Origin: an uncultured delta proteobacterium
GTDB taxonomy: Bacteria > Desulfobacterota > Binatia > UBA9968
NCBI GenBank assembly: GCA_963804165.1
Contig: CAWDPO010000013.1
Location: 32,001-96,000 of the forward strand
DNA: 64,000 nucleotides
Direction of reading: 5' to 3'
The number at the start of each line of letters is the position of its first letter. Within the stretch, counting starts at the first letter, position 1. The translations under genes were made by a program, and so were the position numbers. Under the pieces are notes generated by a model. That model was not told the DNA's origin. It saw only the letters and a program-made list of their open reading frames with translations, and searched no databases. This document shows positions 1 to 10,122 of the stretch, piece by piece.

Positions 1-872
1 CGGGAGGCTCGTACAAGGAGCTCGTCAAACTTTTCGAAACCAAGTATCCCGGGATTCAGGTCGAGCCATTTCGCGCCGGGGGCGCAGACCTGGTGGTGCG
101 CATGGAGGAAGAATATAAAGCAGGCCGCTTCATCGCCGACGCCATCGAGACCACCGAGGGGAATCTCATGTTCATGAGAGATGCCGGATTGCTACAGCCT
201 TACAACTCGCCGGTGCTCAAAAACTATCCGGACGAAGCCAAGGAGGACGCGGGGAAAGGCCTCTATTATTGGGCGCTCGCGCGCGAGTCGTATATCGGCT
301 TCACCTACAACAAGAATCTCGTGTCCAAGGCGGCAGTGCCGAAAAATTTCGAAGGTCTGTTGCACCCGGAGCTCAAGGGCAAAATGGGCATCAGCAATCA
401 GCTCGACAACCGGCTCCAAGATCATCGGCGCGATGGTCAAAGCCAAGGGTGAAGAGTTCGTCAAGAAGCTGAGAGAGCAGCAAATCAAACTTTACTCCAT
501 CGATGCGCCGGCGCTGGTCAATGTGATCGCCTCCGGCGAGATCGCCGCCTCGCCGGCAATCTTCGAGAGCCACACCGTGCTGGCGGCTTCGAAGGGCGCG
601 GCGCTGGAGTGGGTGCCAATGGATTTGGTGCCGAACAACGTCGGCAGCGCGGCGATCGCCTTAAAACCGCCGCATCCCCATGCCGCGGTCTTGATGGCGG
701 ATCTGCTCTTGGGTCCGGACGGGCAGAAGGTTCTGGAAAAATTCTATTATGGTAGCGCAACAAGAAGCCGGCCGTTCAAGCGCTGGCGCCCGGAGCGCGA
801 ACGACGACGGAGAAGTATGAGAAGGAAATCGACCACTGGGAAAAACTTTTAAAGCAAGTTGGCCGCAAGTAA
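1..872 (+). CDS. Extracellular solute-binding protein of ABC transporter (Fe3+/thiamine/polyamine-type), 5'-truncated by window edge, two apparent single-base frameshifts (~397, ~800)
   Basis: ORFs 93-452 and 181-852 join into one SBP (YNKNLV..VPKNFEGLLHPELKGK; PPHPHAAVLMADLLLGPDGQK); corrected tail EKYEKEIDHWEKLLKQVGRK stops at TAA 870-872. Confidence 0.75.
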
Positions 873-984
873 CTATCGAACCGCCGTCGCGATTGAGTTC
901 AAGGCTTCGACTTCCAGATCGACTTGACGGCAACTCATGACCGCCCTATTTTGGCGTGAACTAATTCTTGCACCGGAGGCTGCG

Positions 985-1704
985 ATGGCGGAGAAAAAAC
1001 TCACCGGCAAAATTACGCGGGAACGGATTCGCTTGATGGAGACGCCGCGGCCGGCGGAAGGGATCATCGAAGGCTATCGCGCGCTCGGCGAGGCCAGCGG
1101 CATAATTTCAGACGTGATGGATGAGCTCGGCGTTACCGGCGTTGTCGGCGCAGCCGTGCTGAAGCCGACCATTGCCGGCGCGTGCATCGTCGGGCCGGCG
1201 CTCACCGTGCGCAACATCGTGCAGCGCGAGCATGTTTATGAAGCCGCGCGCCAACACGTAAACAAGATGGCCGAGTTCGAAGCCCACAATTTGGCACGTC
1301 CGGGTGATGTGGTGGTAATCGACGGAGTGGCGGGGATTTCGAACATGGGCGGTATTTCCGCTCAAACCGGCAAGCGCCAGGGCGAAGCGGGCGCAGTGGT
1401 CTTCGGCGGCGTGCGCGATGTCGCCCATTCACGCCGGGTCGGATATCCGGTTTGGGCCACTGAGGTTACGCCCGTCACCGGCAAATGGCGCATCGAGACC
1501 GTCGAGATCAACGGCGAGATCATGGTTGGCGATATTCGCGTCGCTCCCGGTGACATCGTGTTCGCCGACGATACGGGAGTGTGCTTCATTCCACGATCAA
1601 GGGCTGCGGAGGTTCTGGCCATGGCGAAGCGAAAATCCGCTGCCGAAGAAGCCAAATGTAAAGCAATTGACGATGGTGTCGGTGTCGCTGATCTTCCGGC
1701 GTAG
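985..1704 (+). CDS. RraA/HMG-aldolase family protein
   Basis: Motifs ISDVMD, IVGPALTV, GAVVFGGVRD, VAPGDIVFADDTGV; GGAGG RBS before ATG 985. Confidence 0.85.
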   Translation: MAEKKLTGKITRERIRLMETPRPAEGIIEGYRALGEASGIISDVMDELGVTGVVGAAVLKPTIAGACIVGPALTVRNIVQREHVYEAARQHVNKMAEFEAHNLARPGDVVVIDGVAGISNMGGISAQTGKRQGEAGAVVFGGVRDVAHSRRVGYPVWATEVTPVTGKWRIETVEINGEIMVGDIRVAPGDIVFADDTGVCFIPRSRAAEVLAMAKRKSAAEEAKCKAIDDGVGVADLPA

Positions 1705-1913
1705 CCGCCATTTTCCAGAAGACTGCATTATCGACTGCTAATAATTCGTTTCTCATTCAATCCTGCGCCAAACTCGCCTGAGCTGTGGGACATTCGCGAT
1801 CTCTGGACATCGCGGCGCCTCTCAAAATCCGAGATTTCTTACGACAGGGCAATCGCTATATGTTTCCCGCTTCCCGCTTCAAGACTGTGTCGCAATTCGG
1901 ACGACCATGCGGA

Positions 1914-2020
1914 TGTGATGCTGAGGAACGCGAAGCATCTCGCCTTTTCGGCAGGTTGCGGAAGGCGAGATTCTTCGCCGAAGTTTATCCTGAGCAAGAT
2001 CGAAGGGGCTCAGAATGACA
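1914..2020. repeat. REP-like imperfect palindrome
   Basis: TGTGATGCTGAG..CGAAGCATCTCGCC pairs with GGCGAGATTCTTCG..CTCAGAATGACA; intergenic. Confidence 0.6.
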
Positions 2021-2241
2021 TTAAGACACAGTCTCTTCGGGAGAATTCGATCGACATTAAAGCTGGAACAGATCTCTTTGTAACCGGCAAGAATGACTCC
2101 ACGCTTTGACCAGGTTGCCTTAACGCGCATCGGCTCGTATAAGTTTTTCTGTGCGGATGCGACTCGACACCTTAACAAACTTGATCGACGAGCCGGCGTT
2201 AAGGTGAGTTGAAACCAACAAGATATTGGAGATGGTCAAAC

Positions 2242-2982
2242 ATGGATTGGATTACTAGCCCGGAAGCTTGGATCGCGTTCAGCACGCTGCTGGCGCTCGA
2301 AATCGTTCTCGGTATAGACAACGTGGTTTTTATCTCAATTCTGGCGGGTAAACTGCCGGCCAACCAGCAGGCGCAAGCGCGCTATGTTGGACTGGCACTG
2401 GCGATGGTGACGCGCATTATCCTGTTGCTCTCGATTTCATGGATGGTGCGGCTAACCGCGCCCCTATTCACTATTTTTGCCATGGAAATTTCCGGCCGGG
2501 ACCTGATATTGGTCGTCGGCGGGCTGTTTCTGATTGGAAAAAGCACCCACGAAATCCATCAGAAACTCGAAGGTGAGCGAGGACAAGTGAGCACTCGCGT
2601 GGCGCCGACATTTACCGGAGTGATCGTGCAGATCCTGCTCCTCGATGTGGTCTTTTCGCTCGATTCTGTGATCACCGCCGTTGGGATGGTCAATCAGATC
2701 GGTATTATGGTTGCCGCTGTGGTGGTGGCGGTAATCGTGATGATCGGCTTTGCCGGAGCGATCGGCCGCTTCGTCGAGCGCCATCCCACGGTGAAAATGT
2801 TGGCGCTAAGTTTTCTGCTATTGATCGGCATGACGCTGATGGCCGAGGGATTCGATCAACATATTTCGAAGGGCTACATCTATTCGGCGATGGCGTTCTC
2901 TGTGTTTGTTGAGATTCTCAATCTCAGGGCAAAAAAGGCCTCGGAACCGGTTAAGTTGCACGAGTCATACAGCGAAAGTTGA
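2242..2982 (+). CDS. TerC/Alx family membrane protein
   Basis: LEIVLGIDNVVFISI and DVVFSLDSVITAVG signatures. Confidence 0.92.
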   Translation: MDWITSPEAWIAFSTLLALEIVLGIDNVVFISILAGKLPANQQAQARYVGLALAMVTRIILLLSISWMVRLTAPLFTIFAMEISGRDLILVVGGLFLIGKSTHEIHQKLEGERGQVSTRVAPTFTGVIVQILLLDVVFSLDSVITAVGMVNQIGIMVAAVVVAVIVMIGFAGAIGRFVERHPTVKMLALSFLLLIGMTLMAEGFDQHISKGYIYSAMAFSVFVEILNLRAKKASEPVKLHESYSES

Positions 2983-3045
2983 TCGCAAGAATCGCCCCGA
3001 CGTCGATCAGTTGGCAGCCAGGATGGTTCATTCATTCATGATTCG

Positions 3046-3798
3046 TCACCGGGTGCTGGCATAGAATTCAACGCGCCGCTCGACGAAAGCGACGGCCTCG
3101 GAGACCGCAAACGCGAACATAAAAACGATCACCACGAGAGCCCAGAATTCCTCCATGAGAAAATTTTGCGAATAGAGCTCGAACAACTCTCCCACGCCGA
3201 TAATTGCGATGAGTAGCTGGCCGATAACGACGCCTTTGACGCCGCGGATGACTCCGAGCCGCACGCCGGCGAGAATCTCGGGCAGGGCGCTCAAGAAAAG
3301 AATTTTCGTATAAAGTTGGCGCCGGGTCGCGCCGAAGCAGCGGGCCATCTCCACGAGCGAGCGATCGGCCTGCTCGATTCCCACCCGGGTGTCCAGGATG
3401 ATCACGAAGACGGCGAAGAGAAAAACCGTGGCCACCACCGTGGTCTCCCCGATGCCGAGGACCGACATGAAAATCGGCACCAGCGCGGAGATCGGTGCGC
3501 TGACGAAGATATTGACCCACATGCCGAGAATCTTGCCCACGCTCGTGACTCGCGCCATGAGAACGCCGACTGGAATGCCGATCAGGAGCGCTAGCGCCAT
3601 GCCCAGGGCAAAAGAACGCAGCGAGATCGAGACCGCCATGCTGAATTTGTCCGTCGCTACGATCGTGATACCAGCCGCGATCACGCTGGAAAACGGCGGA
3701 ACGATCGTCGATAGTTGGGCCCGGCCGACGATCTCCCAGACGACGAACCAGACCAGCAGCGAAAAAAGGATCGGAACTCGCTTGCCGAATAAAGTCAT
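3046..3798 (-). CDS. NitT/TauT-family ABC transporter permease
   Basis: Hydrophobic; EMARCFGA EAA-like loop; ALPEILAGVRLG. Confidence 0.9.
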   Translation of the reverse strand: MTLFGKRVPILFSLLVWFVVWEIVGRAQLSTIVPPFSSVIAAGITIVATDKFSMAVSISLRSFALGMALALLIGIPVGVLMARVTSVGKILGMWVNIFVSAPISALVPIFMSVLGIGETTVVATVFLFAVFVIILDTRVGIEQADRSLVEMARCFGATRRQLYTKILFLSALPEILAGVRLGVIRGVKGVVIGQLLIAIIGVGELFELYSQNFLMEEFWALVVIVFMFAFAVSEAVAFVERRVEFYASTR

Positions 3799-3954
3799 AT
3801 CAGGTCACCGGCCCGTAACGCATCACCGAAGCGGCGGTCGAATTGCCAGCCAGACGAGGCCCGAAGGAGGAGCCCTCCGGAAACGTACGCGGTTCGGTAC
3901 GTTGAGGACGGGCGACGACCGAGAACGAAGTATGGCGCAGCAAGTCGGACCCCG

Positions 3955-4719
3955 CTAAATGTAGTGTTTCAGGATCTGCCATATCTCGTCCACCGCGTCG
4001 AGATAATTCTTGTCGCGCCGAATCTCGTCCGGACTCCTGCCCTGGCGGTCAATGTTGGGCTGGATGATTTTTGATACGGTTCCCGGACGCGCCGACAGGA
4101 GCACGATCTGGTCCGAGAGATAGGCCGCCTCCTCGATACTATGGGTGACGAAGATCACGGTCTTTTTCTTGTTCTTGAGCAGATCCAAGAGTTCTTCCTG
4201 GAACTTCCGCCGCGTCTGTTCATCGACGGAAGAAAACGGCTCGTCCATGAGGATGATTTCCGCATCGACGGCGAAGGCGCGGGCGAGCCCGACCCGCTGG
4301 CGCATCCCGCCCGAGAGCTGGTGCGGATAGCTGGATTCGAAAGCTTTGAGCCCGACCTCCGCGATGTGTTTGCGGGCGATTTGATCGCGCTCTTCTTTGG
4401 GCATGCCGCGTAGTTCCAAACCAAAACCGACGTTGCGCAAAACGTTGCCCCATGGCAGCAGCGCGAAATCTTGAAACACAAACGCCCGCTCGGGCCCCGG
4501 CCCGTCGACCTTTTTGCCTTTCACCCAGATCTCGCCGCGGTTGGGCGGAATCAGCCCGGCGATGATTTTTAGAAGGGTCGTTTTGCCGCAACCGCTGGGG
4601 CCCAGCAGCGTGCTGAGCCCGCCGTTAGGAAGCGCTACGTTGACGTCCGCCAGGGCCTCGACGCCGCCGTCGTAGGTCTTGCCGACATTTTTCACGTCCA
4701 CGATGGCCTCAGCTGACAT
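3955..4719 (-). CDS. NitT/TauT-family ABC transporter ATP-binding protein
   Basis: Walker A GPSGCGKT, LSGGMRQR signature, MDEPF, FVTH. Confidence 0.95.
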   Translation of the reverse strand: MSAEAIVDVKNVGKTYDGGVEALADVNVALPNGGLSTLLGPSGCGKTTLLKIIAGLIPPNRGEIWVKGKKVDGPGPERAFVFQDFALLPWGNVLRNVGFGLELRGMPKEERDQIARKHIAEVGLKAFESSYPHQLSGGMRQRVGLARAFAVDAEIILMDEPFSSVDEQTRRKFQEELLDLLKNKKKTVIFVTHSIEEAAYLSDQIVLLSARPGTVSKIIQPNIDRQGRSPDEIRRDKNYLDAVDEIWQILKHYI

Positions 4720-5488
4720 CCTCAAAACCTCTCATTTCAGGCGGGAAGAGCTTGCGCTCCAGCCGCTCGAGCGCTTGGATCGTCAAGGCCGCGAAAAGCA
4801 CAATGGAGGCGATCGCGGCGAACATCTTTGGATAGTCCGCCACCGAGCTGTTGTAGGTAATAAGATCGCCGATGCCCGTCGGCGTGATCAGCAGCTCGGC
4901 GATCACGATGCCGATGAATCCCATCGCCAGTCCAAGCCGCAGGCCGGCGAAGATCAAAGCGGCGGCGTGGGGTAGGATAATCTTGATCACTTCCTGTCGC
5001 CTCGTTCCCAAAAACGAACGGCACATCTGGATCAGCGACGGATTGGTATTGCGGATGCCCTTGTAAGAATTCATCACGATAACGGGCGCAGCCAAAACGA
5101 CGACGGCCAAAACTTTGGCGGTGACGCCGATGCCGTACATGTAAGTGATCAGCGGAATGATCGCCGCCATCGGCGCTGCTTGCAACACAATGAAGATGGG
5201 CAGACTCAACCACTCGATGGCGCGGGAAAGTCCCATGCCGATGCCGAAACCGATGCCGACGACACTGCAGAGAACGATGCCGATGACCAGCGGTTGAAGC
5301 GTAGACTGATAAGCTTTAAGGAGACTACCGTCGGCGATCATACCGAGCAGCGCCGCCAGGGTCTTACTGAACGGTGGAAAGGCATAGCTGATCGGCCAGC
5401 GCCCGGCCAGCTCCCACAAACCGAAAAAGAGGGCGAAGGAAAGCAATTGCCAGTAGAAGGGCTTCGCGATCCAGCTTTTTGGCTCCAC
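4709..5488 (-). CDS. NitT/TauT-family ABC transporter permease
   Basis: Hydrophobic; FAGLRLG, IAELL; overlaps ATPase start. Confidence 0.9.
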   Translation of the reverse strand: MEPKSWIAKPFYWQLLSFALFFGLWELAGRWPISYAFPPFSKTLAALLGMIADGSLLKAYQSTLQPLVIGIVLCSVVGIGFGIGMGLSRAIEWLSLPIFIVLQAAPMAAIIPLITYMYGIGVTAKVLAVVVLAAPVIVMNSYKGIRNTNPSLIQMCRSFLGTRRQEVIKIILPHAAALIFAGLRLGLAMGFIGIVIAELLITPTGIGDLITYNSSVADYPKMFAAIASIVLFAALTIQALERLERKLFPPEMRGFEDVS

Positions 5489-5612
5489 GGAGTCAGTTAC
5501 CGCCAGCGATTGTAAGAACGCTCACTTGCTTCGCCGCGCGCGAGCGCATCGTTCAAACGCGCTAGAGACCGGGTACTTGGACTATCAATCTCTGCGCTGG
5601 CGACGCCCGCTT

Positions 5613-6599
5613 TCACTTCACCTTAGGAAGCGCGGCCTTGAGCGGATCGAAGTGCCAGAACTCGTCCGCCTTCAAGTTTTCGCCCGTCAGCGCGCCGGAG
5701 AGAGCGTAGAATTCCAAATCATTCTTGGCCGCGCTCTGGCCGCCGCCGTCATTTGGAAAGACGCCGTTTTGTACAGCCTCCTCGAAGAAAGGCAGAATCT
5801 CTTCCTCCATCTTTGCGGGCAGCTCCTTTAAGAGCGCGAGTTTCTTGCGCTCTTCGATCACCCACTTGGGATTCGCATTGATCTGCCGGTTGACCTTAAT
5901 CAGCTCTTCGACAAAAGTTGCAATGCCGGCCTGATTTTTGTCGAGAAACTCTCGAGTGGCGAAAAGCGCCTCGTCGCTGGCTTTCAAATTGCCGAGCGGC
6001 AAGATGATGAACTTGTCGGGCGCTTCCTTCATCACTCTGTTTTTGTTGGGCGCATCCAAGATCGTCGCCTTGATGTTCCCTTTCAAAAGAGCCAGAGCGC
6101 GCACTTGCGATCCAGGCACGTAGCTCACGCTCTTATACTTGATGCCGTGCTGCTTCGCCGCCAGGAGCATGATCGCCTCGGTCCCGGAACCTCGCCCCTG
6201 CAAAGCGATCTCCTGGCCGTCCAGATCTTTCCAGCTCTTGTAGCTGTCTTTGGCGACCACCGGAAAAAACTGCAACGTGCTCAACTGGTAAAAGAAGCGG
6301 ATCGGCACAGTCGCTTTCTGAACGGCCGCGTACGGCGTCCCTTGCCCGACGTCCGCCTGACCGTTGATCACGGCCTGGGTGGCGACTTCCTCGCTTTTAA
6401 ACGCGGTGATCTCGACATCAACGCCGCGCGCCTTGGCGCGCTCGACAGCGATCAAGAGCGGCAATTCGTCGATGGACACGACATCGCCCAGGGCGTACCT
6501 GATTTTGGTTCTGCCCTGCGCCGCCGCCTCGCCGGCCAAGGTGCCAACAAAAACGAAAAGAAACAGAAAACCGACAATCGATTTTGCCGAGTGGGTCAT
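5613..6599 (-). CDS. NitT/TauT (NMT1/THI5-like) ABC substrate-binding protein
   Basis: Signal peptide, SWKDLDGQEIA..GSGT motif; GGAGG RBS; first gene of the ABC operon. Confidence 0.88.
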   Translation of the reverse strand: MTHSAKSIVGFLFLFVFVGTLAGEAAAQGRTKIRYALGDVVSIDELPLLIAVERAKARGVDVEITAFKSEEVATQAVINGQADVGQGTPYAAVQKATVPIRFFYQLSTLQFFPVVAKDSYKSWKDLDGQEIALQGRGSGTEAIMLLAAKQHGIKYKSVSYVPGSQVRALALLKGNIKATILDAPNKNRVMKEAPDKFIILPLGNLKASDEALFATREFLDKNQAGIATFVEELIKVNRQINANPKWVIEERKKLALLKELPAKMEEEILPFFEEAVQNGVFPNDGGGQSAAKNDLEFYALSGALTGENLKADEFWHFDPLKAALPKVK

Positions 6600-6935
6600 T
6601 TTAGCCACCTCCTGCTTTCGTGATCGGACTGGGGCGTGAGTATCGCAAACGCTGGGGAGGTGTCAAGTTACTTTTTTCAGCAGAATTCTAGCCACGTCGA
6701 ACCTTGTGAGTGAGCACCCATTGTCGGGATCACAGAATCGGACAAATTACCGGGACAAATTGTGAGTGGGCAGGTTGCGAGAGTTATGCTTTGCGGTGCG
6801 ACGATGCGCTCACTCGGTTCACCGGACGTCAGGTCAGGGCCGAGGCAAAGCGCCTACGAGGGTTGCTCAAGCTGCCGCATTTATGTTTTGGCTTGCGATC
6901 CCGAAGATTTTACGCGAAAGTGGTTTCTTTGAAAC

Positions 6936-7367
6936 ATGTCCAGCGTAAACAGAAAAACGGAATTGTGGAAGAGCCGGGGCGCGGTCGACCGAATCGCGGT
7001 GGACGAATGGGGTTACCCATCCGGAATGGTCTGGTGCCCCATGAAGATGAGCGGTATGGCTGTCATGAAGTGCGCCGAGATGCAAAAACAGCTCGGCTGC
7101 GGAAGCCTCAAGCAGTTCAGGTTCATAACGACGACGAAGCCCGGAAATGTGCCGTTTCACTGGCCGTGGCTGCGGCGTGGCCGCGACTGCCCGGAGCGCG
7201 CGCCCGAAAAAGCGGTGCGCGAGCTGCGCTTGGCTCTGAGCTCGCTTAAATCAGTTGAGAAGAGCAGGAAAAATCCCCGCGCCTACCGTTGCCCGGCGTG
7301 CGGCGACCGCAAAGCTTTCGGCGCCCGCCGGTGTCGCCGCTGCTGGCGTCTCGCCGTAGCAATATAG
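6936..7367 (+). CDS. Hypothetical Cys-rich basic protein with C-terminal CxxC..CxxC zinc-ribbon-like motif
   Basis: 143 aa ORF filling the gap; CPACG-x7-CRRC plus four more Cys. Confidence 0.55.
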   Translation: MSSVNRKTELWKSRGAVDRIAVDEWGYPSGMVWCPMKMSGMAVMKCAEMQKQLGCGSLKQFRFITTTKPGNVPFHWPWLRRGRDCPERAPEKAVRELRLALSSLKSVEKSRKNPRAYRCPACGDRKAFGARRCRRCWRLAVAI

Positions 7368-7566
7368 CGAAAGAACGAAGACTTTCGGTGGTCAAATCGT
7401 TCAAGTGGTTCGACCAGAGCTCACCATGAGCGGGATTGCAATCGCTTCGCTCCGTTCGAATCGTTTCGGATCTTGACGATTGACCGATCGACAAGGTTCA
7501 ATGGCACGGCTTGCGGTAAGCAAATGCACGCGAAGAGCCAAACAGTGCAAGTTATAAGAGATGACT

Positions 7567-7603
7567 AAAAAACGGGAGGCGATTTGCCTCCCGTTTTTCT
7601 TTT
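7567..7603. terminator. Rho-independent terminator, probably bidirectional, downstream of hsp20
   Basis: AAAAAACGGGAGGC-GATTT-GCCTCCCGTTTTTCTTTT. Confidence 0.85.
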
Positions 7604-7613
7604 AGAAACCTAA

Positions 7614-8054
7614 TTAATGCACGCTTATTTGGATTTGCCGCGGTTTGGTCTCTTCCATCTTCGGCACGCGGATCTCGAGGATGCCCTCTTTGAAAGTGGC
7701 TTCGATGCCATCCTGCTTCGTGGTCTCGGGCAGGGAGAATGAGCGCCAGAACTTTGCGGCGACCCGTTCTACGTGACGGTATTCAACCCCCTCAGCTGGC
7801 TTCTCGGATTTCCTTTCCCCGCTGAGAACCAGGGTCCCGTCCTTAACTTCCACTTTGATGTCTTCCTTTTTCATGCCTGGAAGCTCGGCTCGAATTAAGT
7901 ACGCATCCTTGCTTTCCAAAACATCCACCGCAGGATACCACTTCGATATACTCGGCTGTGTCGATGAGCGATCGAAGTTCGCATCGAATAGATCATTAAA
8001 CACAGACCGAAGATTGCCAAAACCTGCAAACGGTTCAAATCTTACCAGTTCCAT
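7614..8054 (-). CDS. Hsp20/alpha-crystallin small heat-shock protein
   Basis: PAVDVLES..AELPG..EDIKVEV..LSGERK..FWRSFSLP..ATFKEGILEIRVPK; AGGAGG RBS before ATG 8054. Confidence 0.95.
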   Translation of the reverse strand: MELVRFEPFAGFGNLRSVFNDLFDANFDRSSTQPSISKWYPAVDVLESKDAYLIRAELPGMKKEDIKVEVKDGTLVLSGERKSEKPAEGVEYRHVERVAAKFWRSFSLPETTKQDGIEATFKEGILEIRVPKMEETKPRQIQISVH

Positions 8055-8287
8055 ATTAGTTACCCTCCTTATGTTGAAAAAATTAAGCACGGCTCCCTGG
8101 GCCGTCAAGCGGCTTGACAAACGTCCAGTCAGTGCTTAGGAAAACCGATTCCCTTCGAACATGAACCACGAGGCGGCATCGACAGCGATCGAGGTTCGTT
8201 AATTTGCGATCGCTGATTATGATGCAGCAGTTTCGGTGGTATGATTTCATATGGACTTTTGGTCTTTAACAGGAGGCGCGAACGGGC

Positions 8288-8983
8288 ATGAAGCTATGGG
8301 TAGGGACCAGCGGTTATAGCTACAAAGCGTGGTTGGGAAACTTTTATCCTGAGCGTCTTGCCGCGAAAGAGATGCTGCGGTTCTACGCCTCGCGGCTGCC
8401 TGCCGTCGAGATCAACAATACTTTTTATCGGTTGCCCAAAGAAACCGTGCTTCAATCGTGGGCGGAACAGGTTCCGGCCGGGTTTCGCTTTGTTCTTAAA
8501 GCGCCGCAAAAAATTACTCACGTCAAACGGCTCAAAGACGCGGCAGCCGAAGTCGAGTATCTATTTCGTGTGGAAACGGTGTTGGCTTCGAGTACGGGCG
8601 CCATTCTGTTCCAGCTCCCGCCTTACCTGCGAAAAGATTTGCAGACGTTGAAAAATTTCTTGTCAATTTTGCCTACCGACCGGGCAGTAGCCTTTGAGTT
8701 TCGCCACTCCTCCTGGTTCGATGACGAAGTTTTCACCTGCTTGCGGGAGCACAACTGCGCGCTTTGTATGGCCGATATGGATGATAGCGAAAGTTCCAAT
8801 TTGATCGCCACGGCGACATGGGGCTACGCCAGGCTGCGGCGCTCCGAATACAGTCGTGCCGATCTGGTGAACTGGAAAGCGCGCATCCTGTCCCAGCAGT
8901 GGGATCATGCGTATATATTCTTTAAGCACGAAGATGAAGGCATCGGTCCGAAGTTGGCTGCGGAATTCCTAGAACTAACCTAA
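8288..8983 (+). CDS. DUF72 family protein
   Basis: VGTSGYSY, VEINNTFY, LFQLPP, EFRHSSW motifs. Confidence 0.92.
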   Translation: MKLWVGTSGYSYKAWLGNFYPERLAAKEMLRFYASRLPAVEINNTFYRLPKETVLQSWAEQVPAGFRFVLKAPQKITHVKRLKDAAAEVEYLFRVETVLASSTGAILFQLPPYLRKDLQTLKNFLSILPTDRAVAFEFRHSSWFDDEVFTCLREHNCALCMADMDDSESSNLIATATWGYARLRRSEYSRADLVNWKARILSQQWDHAYIFFKHEDEGIGPKLAAEFLELT

Positions 8984-9358
8984 ACAGGATAAGCGCACAC
9001 CGCGCTACCTGCCCTCAGGTAGTATCAAGATCTACAGGCTTCCCTTCCTGAAGTCTCTGGAGAACGCACCTAATTCGTTTTGAGGGCGATTTCGTATCAA
9101 GATCTAGACTCTAACACGCAAATGGTGTCTAGCGTCATGGTTCCGATAGCCTCACCACGAACGGTTTTTCCTTATTCCGATCGCGCGTCGAAGGGCAAAG
9201 AGACAGACTGTTACAGTCCACTAGCTATCTTGATGGAGGATTAAGGGAAAGCTACTCATAGCCTGTTTTGGGAAATCGGTGGCTCAGCCGGTAAAGTGAG
9301 CGCAAACTATTCAGACGGATACTTGTTCATGAACATTGGCCGTTTTAGGATGTTATAA

Positions 9359-10099
9359 ATGCTCGACGTTGACGCCGACAAGGCGGTCCGAATCAAAGGA
9401 TCGGTTAAACGTAAAGCGGCTCTTGTAAAGGGGGCACTTTGTCTTCTGGTCGTGCTCTTACTGTCGCTCGGTTGGCGTTTGACCCCGCTCAAGGAATACG
9501 TCGATCTTGAAACGATAATCAGCTGGCAGCAATCCCTAAAAGATCATCCGGCGGCGCTCTTCTGGGTCGTGGGCGTCTACTTGGCAGGCGGTCTTGTTTT
9601 GTTTCCGGTAATGGTTCTGAATGTCGCGACCATAGTGGCTTTCGGTCCTGTCCTCGGCAACGCCTACGCCTTTGCCGGATGGCTCTGCAGCGCTGCTCTC
9701 GGATTTGGCCTCGCTCGCGTTATGGGGCGAGAGTTGGTGAAAAAAATGGCTCGATCGAAGATCAAACACCTTCTCCATCGCGCCGGCCGCCATGGTTTTC
9801 TAACCGTCCTTAGCATGCGGATATTGCCCCTAGCTCCATTCACAGTGGTCAATCTGTTCGTTGGTGCCTCCGGGATCCGGTTTGCGGATTTCTTTCTCGC
9901 GACGGTGATTGGCAGGATTCCGGGAATCGTGACCTTGACTCTGTTCGGCGTGCAATTCGAAAACTTCCTGCGGCGGCCGGACGTGGAAAGCTCAATCCTT
10001 CTCGCTTTGACAATTCTGTTGATTCCACTTGCGACCCTCTGGTTTTGCAAGCGGTTCGCCTCCCAGGACGTGCGCCCCAGCGATACCACCGAACCCTGA
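9359..10099 (+). CDS. TVP38/TMEM64 (DedA/VTT domain) membrane protein
   Basis: RILPLAPFTVVNLFVGAS..FFLATVIGRIPG; start uncertain. Confidence 0.85.
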   Translation: MLDVDADKAVRIKGSVKRKAALVKGALCLLVVLLLSLGWRLTPLKEYVDLETIISWQQSLKDHPAALFWVVGVYLAGGLVLFPVMVLNVATIVAFGPVLGNAYAFAGWLCSAALGFGLARVMGRELVKKMARSKIKHLLHRAGRHGFLTVLSMRILPLAPFTVVNLFVGASGIRFADFFLATVIGRIPGIVTLTLFGVQFENFLRRPDVESSILLALTILLIPLATLWFCKRFASQDVRPSDTTEP

Positions 10100-10122
10100 A
10101 CGGCGGGTCGCCGCCGGGAACG

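Noticed and set aside
8084-8138. CIRCE element upstream of hsp20
   Set aside because: TAAGCAC/GTGCTTA arms are ~40 bp apart rather than the 9-bp CIRCE spacing
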